Shown one piece after another: positions 25,437 through 32,000 of a stretch of DNA of 32,000 nucleotides. The DNA is from Candidatus Babelota bacterium (lineage in GTDB: Bacteria; Babelota; Babeliae; Babelales; Vermiphilaceae), in NCBI GenBank assembly GCA_039809905.1, contig JBDHVY010000001.1, forward strand, positions 960,001 through 992,000. The letters run 5' to 3'. The notes beneath the pieces were generated by a model. It ran no database searches, had not been told where the DNA came from, and saw only the letters and a program-made list of their open reading frames with translations. Made by a program: the position numbers and the translations under genes. Position 1 is the first letter of the stretch; each line of letters begins with the position of its first letter.

Positions 25437-26646
25437 AAAACTACGATCAGATTTTCCCATTTTATCACAAAAAGTTAATGGATACTCTCTTGTGCCTTGT
25501 GATAACGCATCAACAACACATAAACCACAATCAGTAATTGATACATTAGTACAATTTTATACCACAACGAATGCTAATATCTATCGAGGCATTCATCTTT
25601 TTGCAGAACAAGCAACACATATGTATGAGCAAGCTCGTAAAAAAGTGGCAGATTTTATTGGAGCATATCCCGAAGAAGTAATATTTACTCGTGGATGTAC
25701 TGCAGGAATTAATTTTGTGGTTGCAACATGGGGAGAAATGCATATTAAAGCGGGTGATGAAATTGTTATAACAGAGCTTGAACATCATGCGAATTTATTA
25801 CCATGGCAATGTCTTGCGCAAAAAAAAGGTGCAATTCTTAAATTTATTCCTGTTTTTCCTCATGGATTACTTGATCTTTCTAATCTTGAGTCCATTATTA
25901 CCAGTAAAACAAAGATGGTTTCCATTATTCATGTATCCAATGCGGTCGGCACTCATGTAGATATTGCAACTATTATTGTGCATGCAAAAAAAGTAGGAGC
26001 ATGCGTGCTGATTGATGCAGCACAATCAGTTGCCCATCAGAAAATAAATGTGCATGCAATAGATTGTGATTTTTTAGTTTTTTCAGGACATAAATTATTA
26101 GGACCAACAGGTATTGGTGTTCTCTATATTAAAAAAGATATGCATAATGATGTGCCACCTTATGAAGTTGGTGGTGGCATGGTGGAAAATGCGGATTATG
26201 AAAATGCAACATGGCGACAAGCTCCCTATAAGTTTGAAGCGGGTACGCCACCAATAGCGCAAGCGATTGGATTGGGAGCTGCAATTGATTATCTGCATAA
26301 CAATATTGATTTTGATGAGCTTCTTTCTTATGAAGCTGCTTTATGCACGCGGTTGATTGATGGATTATCAAAAATTAAACAAGTTACTCTGTTAGGACCT
26401 ATCCAAGAATTAAAAAAAAATGGACACCTGGTAAGTTTTTTGGTTGAGGGTATGCACAGCCATGATGTGGCAGCATTTTTAGACTCTCGAGGCATTTCTG
26501 TTCGCGCTGGGCACCATTGTGCACAGCCCTTTGCAAAAAAAATGGGCTATGATGCTTCTGTTCGCGTTAGCTTTTACTTTTACAATACTATTGAAGACGT
26601 AGATAAGATTGTGCAAGCGATTTCAGAGCTTGTTACAACTATATAA
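25426..26646 (+). CDS. sufS: Cysteine desulfurase SufS (class II aminotransferase V)
   Basis: HHANLLPW, PLP-lysine motif FSGHKLLGPTG, and active-site Cys in RAGHHCAQP. The track start is 25399. ATG 25426 ([13 protein letters not shown]) fits the family N-terminus and overlaps the sufD stop. Confidence 0.95.
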   Translation: MDFKKLRSDFPILSQKVNGYSLVPCDNASTTHKPQSVIDTLVQFYTTTNANIYRGIHLFAEQATHMYEQARKKVADFIGAYPEEVIFTRGCTAGINFVVATWGEMHIKAGDEIVITELEHHANLLPWQCLAQKKGAILKFIPVFPHGLLDLSNLESIITSKTKMVSIIHVSNAVGTHVDIATIIVHAKKVGACVLIDAAQSVAHQKINVHAIDCDFLVFSGHKLLGPTGIGVLYIKKDMHNDVPPYEVGGGMVENADYENATWRQAPYKFEAGTPPIAQAIGLGAAIDYLHNNIDFDELLSYEAALCTRLIDGLSKIKQVTLLGPIQELKKNGHLVSFLVEGMHSHDVAAFLDSRGISVRAGHHCAQPFAKKMGYDASVRVSFYFYNTIEDVDKIVQAISELVTTI

Positions 26647-26663
26647 ATCTGGAGTTGTAGGTA

Positions 26664-27734
26664 ATGAGCAGTACAAAAATTGGGATGATCAATCTTTTAT
26701 TCCTATCTTTTTTTGCATACAGTGCACAAAAAAAAGAACTTGTAGTGCATAAGCCATTATTTTTTCAAAACTGTATGATTGATGATGTCAGACCAAAAAT
26801 TGTGGCTTTTATGAATTATCCTACGAGTATTCAATTTATACGGACATGCACATATCTTTATGATAAGTATAATAAAATGCAGGATGAGGATGCGCAAAAA
26901 GATTATGCACAAAAAACATCTCTTAATTTTGATATAAAACATTATCATAGAGCATTATTTTATTATGCGCCTCGATATAAAGAAAGAGCTCGTGATTTGT
27001 TGCAGTTGCAAAAATTTAAAGAATCACGAAAAAAATTGTTGAATATGTTTGAGGTTGATGATTCAAGCATTGAATGCATGTTGGTTTTTTATCAACAAAA
27101 AATTGATTCTTATCATTGTTTTTTCAATAAATACAAATCTCTTGAAAATTTTAAAGTTTTACTTGCTATGGGATTTTCTCCTAATGTTAGATCAAATGAT
27201 GGATCTACTCTTATTGGAACGTTGGCTTTTTACTGTAACAATGAAGAATTAGATATCGTATTACAAGATAAGCGAACCGATCCTAATATTTTAGACAAAC
27301 GAGGGGCTACTGCTTTGATATCCGCTGGGTATCATAATAATGTTGAAGGATTTAAATTGTTATTGAAACATTCTTCTACAAATCCTAATATTACTGATTA
27401 TTGGAAATATACTCCTCTTATGAAGGTTATAGGCGATTGTCCATCGAGCGGTTATGTATGGAAAGTAGAAAAAATTGTTGAAATGTTTTTATTAGATAAG
27501 CGAACTGATCTTTTTATAACAAGTAATAAGGGAGAAACAGCATTGTCCCTTGCTTATAAGCTTGATCATCAAGGAATAATTGATTTGTTCAAAAAACATA
27601 AGGGTTTTAAAGAAGAAAAAAAGCGTTATCTAGAGAGAAAAAAATTAGAGGCTCATCAAATAACATGTATTTTACTTTTGCTACCATTGGGATTAGCAAT
27701 GAGCATGTATGGACTATCACTATTTATTGCTTGA
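26664..27734 (+). CDS. Ankyrin-repeat protein with N-terminal signal peptide and C-terminal TM anchor
   Basis: 356 aa with GGAG SD. About 4 ANK repeats (e.g. KRGATALISAGYHNNVEGFKLLLKHSSTNPNITD, NKGETALSLAYKLDHQGIIDLFKKH). The N-terminus is MSSTKIGMINLLFLSFFAYSA. The C-terminal hydrophobic tail is ITCILLLLPLGLAMSMYGLSLFIA. Confidence 0.85.
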   Translation: MSSTKIGMINLLFLSFFAYSAQKKELVVHKPLFFQNCMIDDVRPKIVAFMNYPTSIQFIRTCTYLYDKYNKMQDEDAQKDYAQKTSLNFDIKHYHRALFYYAPRYKERARDLLQLQKFKESRKKLLNMFEVDDSSIECMLVFYQQKIDSYHCFFNKYKSLENFKVLLAMGFSPNVRSNDGSTLIGTLAFYCNNEELDIVLQDKRTDPNILDKRGATALISAGYHNNVEGFKLLLKHSSTNPNITDYWKYTPLMKVIGDCPSSGYVWKVEKIVEMFLLDKRTDLFITSNKGETALSLAYKLDHQGIIDLFKKHKGFKEEKKRYLERKKLEAHQITCILLLLPLGLAMSMYGLSLFIA

Positions 27735-27743
27735 TGCGATAAT

Positions 27744-28592
27744 CTAAATCTTAATGCCGCATTGTTTTAATTTTTTCATTATATTTTTATCATACATAAG
27801 TGCTTTCATACCCAATTTTTGTGCTGCATCAACTGTTTCTTGAAGATCATCGATTAAAATACAGTTGTGTGGCGTAAGATTGTAAGTGGTAAGTGCATGA
27901 TTAAAAATAGTTGTGCTTGGCTTTACTGCTTTAACATCTGATGAAACAATAACGCCATCAAAAAGATTGATAATATCAGGATATTTTTTTTGTATTGCTT
28001 CATATAATTCATGTGGTGTATTTGCAAAAATATAAATGGAGTATCCGGCAGATTTTAGTTTTTGCGCAAGTTGTATTGTTTGTTTTATCGGTTCAATCAT
28101 ATGGGCAGTTGTTGTTGGATCAAGAATAGTGCTCATGATATTTATCATGAGCATTTTTTCTTTAGCACTGTTAAAATGCTTTTCTTGATCAAGAATTTCA
28201 ATTGTTTTTAAAATTTCGTCTTTTGTTTCTTGTGCCGTTTTTTTACCTTCTTGTAATTCAATAAGACAGCGTGGCATAACTCGTTTTTTTAGTGTGAGAT
28301 GAATGTGTGGTTTTTGTGTTTCGTGTTTGCTCATTGCATCAAGCATATCAAGACATCGATAACCAGGATGCTTCCAATGCGTAAGTGTATAACTTGCAAT
28401 ATTTCCATAACCAATTTTTTTGGTAAATCCTGCTTGATTTTCTTTTATGATAACATTCATAAGATCAAAGAGAATCACTTTTTTCGTGTCCTCAAGCCTA
28501 TCCTTTGTAACTTTCGTGAAAGAGAAAGCGAAGTAGAAGGTGCATATACACATAAGCAGAAATGAAATATGTACGCTATAATATAAACGCAT
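27744..28592 (-). CDS. Membrane-anchored HAD-superfamily hydrolase-like protein (paralogue 1)
   Basis: 282 aa with GAGGAG SD and an N-terminal TM. HAD-like motifs: LFDLMNV (motif I, with Met where the second Asp is expected), VSSD, KP, and LIDDLQETVDAAQKLGM. A large insert separates motifs I and II. Confidence 0.75.
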   Translation of the reverse strand: MRLYYSVHISFLLMCICTFYFAFSFTKVTKDRLEDTKKVILFDLMNVIIKENQAGFTKKIGYGNIASYTLTHWKHPGYRCLDMLDAMSKHETQKPHIHLTLKKRVMPRCLIELQEGKKTAQETKDEILKTIEILDQEKHFNSAKEKMLMINIMSTILDPTTTAHMIEPIKQTIQLAQKLKSAGYSIYIFANTPHELYEAIQKKYPDIINLFDGVIVSSDVKAVKPSTTIFNHALTTYNLTPHNCILIDDLQETVDAAQKLGMKALMYDKNIMKKLKQCGIKI

Positions 28593-28774
28593 TATTTCTC
28601 CTCTTTTTTGTGTATAATTAACTTTGTTAGAAGTTTACTTTATTGTCTTTTTTATATGCAAGTTATTTCTGAAAAATTTGCCTATTTAAAATCATTATGT
28701 AGAATAAAGATTTATATTATACAATCATGCAGTTAGAAAATTATAAAATAAAATATAACAACAAGGATTATTTC

Positions 28775-30775
28775 ATGTCACAAATAAAGAAATATATTAA
28801 CTTTTTGTTTGTCATCGCATTAAGTTTACAAGTTAATAATAGTAATGCTATGGAATCAGATTATATTGCTGTTTCATCTCAAGATTTTGTTCAAGATGGT
28901 AGTAAATATGTTCCAACAATAATTGCACAGAATTCTCAATATCTAGCACCGGCTTTGATTGCTTTTGCAATGTGTGCCGTTGCAGAAAGAAAATTAAAAG
29001 TCTATGAAGCTTGTTCTAAAAAAGGCGTTGCAGCTAGGCAAGGCATTAATTCTCTTTATGAAGACATCAAAAAATCATGTGTTGATGGAGCAAATGCATG
29101 TATAAAAGCAGTACCTATGCCTGGTTTTGTTCGTAGTGGATTACAGCGAACGCTTACTTACTTATTTGGCAGCATTAATGATTATGTTGCTAATCATAAA
29201 AAATTTGCAGGAGGGGCATTATTGTTTCATGTAGTTGGAAAAGTTATACAACAACAAACATTAGGTGATGTAGGAGCAGGCATATCACTTGCTGCTGGAT
29301 TTGTTAAGAGTGTGTTGGATAGATATCATATCGAAAACATGAAAGCACATGATGAAACTCACAATCGACTTGATGGAATTGAAACAAAAATTGATAATGT
29401 ACAAACTACCGTTATAAAAAGTGTTTATGAGCTAAAGCAAGATGCTGAAAAAAATAAAAAAGAGATGATTGATGCGCTAGAGCAAAAAATTAACGATGTT
29501 TCTGGACAGATAAAAAAAGTGGAAGATGGAATTCAAACTGCTTTTGCCCAGTCTCAAAAAGCAATCGGAGAGAAGTTTAATGAGGTTACTACTCAGGTGA
29601 ATCAGGTAGAGGGAAGTGTTCAGGTTGTTAATAGTAAAGTACAGGCTGTTGATGGCAAAGTAGATAATTTGAAAGATACCGTTGAGCGTGGAAATGAAGA
29701 CGCTAACAAAAGGTTAATTGGCTTATCTATGAAATTAAATACAATGGAAGAAAAGATTCATGAAATAGCTAAAAATTTTGATGAGTCAAAAGAAGAGAAT
29801 ACTCTCATGCGAGGGGAATTTAAAAAAGCGCGTGAGCAATTAGCATCGGCACAAGAAAATCTTACTAATGTATCAGTTAAGCTTGTAAATCAGATGACAG
29901 AGTTGACTACTGCAACAAAAGAAGAGTTCAAAAACATCAGCGAAAGAACAGATGCTCAGCTTGAAAATCTTGCAACAAAAGTTGATGGTCAAAGTCGTGA
30001 TATAAAAGATACACAAGAAAATGTACAAACAATTCAAAAAAGCGTGAAGCAGTTAGTAGACGGGTTCCAGCAAGAGAATCTATTATTAAATGCTTTGGAG
30101 AAAATTGGACTAGAACATAATCAACGGCTACAGAATCTAGATAGCATGGTTAAGGGTATTTCAAGCCAAAATAAGGAACAATTTGAAGTACTCGAGAGTT
30201 CTTTTAAGCAACATGAAACAAGTCTGTTGAAAGTAACTAAAAGTGTGAGTTTATTGACAAAAGAACAACGCTCCTTTAAAGATTCTTGGTATGATCTTTT
30301 GAATAAAATGACAACATTAGAATCTATAGTTTATGAAATTCAGAAAGATAGTGAGAGAAAAGCTTTAGAAATACAACAACTTAAAGACCTGCTTGCACAA
30401 GCAGAGGAAAGAGATAAGCGAAGTGAAGAAAGAGAGGCGGCATCTGATAAGCTCATTAAAGACCTATATAATGAGTTTGCAAATAGAGCTCATATTTTTG
30501 ATCAAAAATTGAGTGAAGTCATTCAGAAACAAGATAAGTCTGATCAAAAACTTGATGAAATACTTCATGATTCGAAAAAAACTAGCGAGAATGTTAATTA
30601 TCTTGTAGGTGTTGTACAACTTTCTTTAAAGCCAGGCCACGGACAAGGATCACAACCACAATTATCTTTAACAAAAAAGAAAAAAACTAAAGAAATTGAG
30701 TTCAATATACCTGTGTATCCAGTCGATATGTTTACACAAAAGGCCTTGGAAGCTGAGCAGAAGCTCAATGAATAA
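28775..30775 (+). CDS. Secreted/membrane-associated long coiled-coil protein (666 aa)
   Basis: The track start is 28727. I prefer ATG 28775 (AAGGA SD; MSQIKKYINFLFVIALSLQVNNSNA signal). Two hydrophobic segments (YLAPALIAFAMCAVA; GDVGAGISLAAGFV) are followed by ~450 aa of heptad-rich K/E/Q/N sequence. No family recognised. Confidence 0.8.
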   Translation: MSQIKKYINFLFVIALSLQVNNSNAMESDYIAVSSQDFVQDGSKYVPTIIAQNSQYLAPALIAFAMCAVAERKLKVYEACSKKGVAARQGINSLYEDIKKSCVDGANACIKAVPMPGFVRSGLQRTLTYLFGSINDYVANHKKFAGGALLFHVVGKVIQQQTLGDVGAGISLAAGFVKSVLDRYHIENMKAHDETHNRLDGIETKIDNVQTTVIKSVYELKQDAEKNKKEMIDALEQKINDVSGQIKKVEDGIQTAFAQSQKAIGEKFNEVTTQVNQVEGSVQVVNSKVQAVDGKVDNLKDTVERGNEDANKRLIGLSMKLNTMEEKIHEIAKNFDESKEENTLMRGEFKKAREQLASAQENLTNVSVKLVNQMTELTTATKEEFKNISERTDAQLENLATKVDGQSRDIKDTQENVQTIQKSVKQLVDGFQQENLLLNALEKIGLEHNQRLQNLDSMVKGISSQNKEQFEVLESSFKQHETSLLKVTKSVSLLTKEQRSFKDSWYDLLNKMTTLESIVYEIQKDSERKALEIQQLKDLLAQAEERDKRSEEREAASDKLIKDLYNEFANRAHIFDQKLSEVIQKQDKSDQKLDEILHDSKKTSENVNYLVGVVQLSLKPGHGQGSQPQLSLTKKKKTKEIEFNIPVYPVDMFTQKALEAEQKLNE

Positions 30776-30787
30776 TAAAGTGGGCTA

Positions 30788-30816
30788 TTAAACAATAGTT
30801 TTAAATACGGTATACT
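30788..30816 (+). promoter_or_regulatory. Candidate promoter of the DedA-family gene
   Basis: TTAAAC (30788-30793), a 17-nt spacer, then TATACT (30811-30816), ~43 nt upstream of the ATG at 30859. Pattern match only. Confidence 0.35.
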
Positions 30817-30858
30817 ATAACTTATAAGACTTTAATTCCATGAATCGGAGTATGACCC

Positions 30859-31554
30859 ATGAATAATGGTATGAAAAAAGCATTATTAGTTATAGTTGCC
30901 GTGATAAGTATCGCCACCGTTATTTGGTATTTTGGATTGCACAATTATATTACCCTAGCATCCTTACAGGAAAATAGAGCAGCTTTAGAAGAAGCTGTTC
31001 AAAAGAACTATCTACAATCAGTTGCGATATTTATAGCTATTTATACCGCTGTTATTACCGTTATGATACCAGGAGTACCACCATTGACCATCATTGGTGG
31101 TTTTTTATTTGGATTATTGCCAGGGGTATTATATTCAGGAATTGCTGCTGCAATAGGGGCAACAATATCGTTTTTGGTAATGAGATACGTTTTAAGTAAT
31201 GTGATCAGGGGTAAATATGCACAAAAATTGGACCGTTTTAATGAAAAGATTTTGTCGCAGGGTGCGGCAAGTTATTTATTAACGATGCAGTTGATAGGGG
31301 TTATCCCTTATTTTGTGATTAATACATTAGCGGCTTTGACAACGGTTTCTATATTTACTTTTTTTTGGACAACGCTCGTAGGTTCTTTACCCATTCTTTT
31401 TGTTTATGCGTTTGCAGGCAGACAATTATACTTGGTTGAATCGGCTGATGGCGTATTTTCGCCACGTATCATAGCATTGCTTGTGGTGTTAGCATTGGTA
31501 GCAATGTTGCCATTATTGATTAAGTTTTTCCGCAAAGATACAGAAGATGCATAA
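30859..31554 (+). CDS. DedA / TVP38-TMEM64 (SNARE-associated) family membrane protein
   Basis: 231 aa, multi-pass membrane protein. It has the family-typical PGVPPLTIIGGFLFG reentrant motif and RYVLSNVIRGKY loop. Confidence 0.85.
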   Translation: MNNGMKKALLVIVAVISIATVIWYFGLHNYITLASLQENRAALEEAVQKNYLQSVAIFIAIYTAVITVMIPGVPPLTIIGGFLFGLLPGVLYSGIAAAIGATISFLVMRYVLSNVIRGKYAQKLDRFNEKILSQGAASYLLTMQLIGVIPYFVINTLAALTTVSIFTFFWTTLVGSLPILFVYAFAGRQLYLVESADGVFSPRIIALLVVLALVAMLPLLIKFFRKDTEDA

Positions 31555-32000
31555 GCAGTTTTAATGTTTTTGATGAGATTCACAAATGTTGAAGAGTGCC
31601 TAACGGCATTAATACCTAGTTTTTGTGCGGCATCAATATTTTCTTGTTGATCATCAATAAACCAACAATTTTCTGGTTGTAGCTGATAGCGGTCAAGCAG
31701 AGCCTGATAAATTGGGGCATGAGGTTTATTTGATTTCACTTCTGCCGAAATTATTATGCCATCAAAAAGATCAAAAACATCGGCATATTCTTTTTTGAGT
31801 AATGCAAATGATTCGCTATCCCAATTAGAAAGGCCATAGACATTGTGGCCTTGTTTTTTGCACTTTTTTATAAATGCTATGCATGCAGGGGATATTTTAC
31901 GAGAACTGATAAATATTTCTGGTGTAAAGATTAACTCTGCAATGTTTTGAATAATACGCTTTTCTGCCTGGCATTTGAACCATTCTGGATGAATAGCAAA
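31404..32000 (-). CDS. HAD-superfamily hydrolase-like protein (paralogue 2), partial; 5' end beyond the right window edge
   Basis: The track lists only 31404-31739, from an internal GTG. My manual minus-strand translation from position 32000 is stop-free and in frame: FAIHPEWFKCQAEKRIIQNIAELIF...FDLFDGIIISAEVKSNKPHAPIYQALLDRYQLQPENCWFIDDQQENIDAAQKLGINAVRH. It is clearly paralogous to 27744-28592. Confidence 0.75.
   Translation of the reverse strand, partial: FAIHPEWFKCQAEKRIIQNIAELIFTPEIFISSRKISPACIAFIKKCKKQGHNVYGLSNWDSESFALLKKEYADVFDLFDGIIISAEVKSNKPHAPIYQALLDRYQLQPENCWFIDDQQENIDAAQKLGINAVRHSSTFVNLIKNIKTAYASSVSLRKNLINNGNIATNANTTSNAMIRGENTPSADSTKYNCLPANA

Overview
This is an AT-rich (roughly one-third G+C by eye), densely coding bacterial chromosome segment. 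I see no rRNA, CRISPR array, transposase or integrase. Recognisable housekeeping content: topA (-); a long co-directional + strand block plsC-batA-batB-batC-batD-batE followed by an M23 peptidase and signal peptidase I (lepB); tRNA-Cys(GCA) and tRNA-Leu(UAA); hup; a GspE/PilB-family secretion ATPase; and a minimal sufC-sufB-sufD-sufS operon. Between these lie many family-less ORFs with signal peptides or membrane anchors, several as tandem paralogues. There is also an ankyrin-repeat protein, F-box-like motifs, a 666-aa coiled-coil protein, a DedA/TVP38-type protein and two paralogous HAD-like hydrolases. This mix suggests, by inference only, a host-associated and possibly amoeba-associated lineage such as Dependentiae/TM6-like bacteria. 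Two genes run off the window edges and are missing or truncated in the ORF track (1-995 minus; 31404->32000 minus). Most noteworthy: (i) an 820-aa secreted orphan with a clan-CD-peptidase-like His-Gly/Cys signature interrupted by a coiled-coil insert; (ii) the PilB/GspE ATPase is encoded as two overlapping ORFs (stand-alone N-terminal domain plus ATPase) in an orphan 3-gene module; (iii) a recurring GC-rich palindromic element (ATGGGG-N-CCCCAT with CCCCATGT/ACATGGGG arms) in three intergenic spacers; (iv) bat genes without the usual moxR/DUF58 partners. I could not delineate a clear novel multi-gene system, so all candidates are flagged as hypotheses. All family calls come from by-eye motif recognition, with no searches run.
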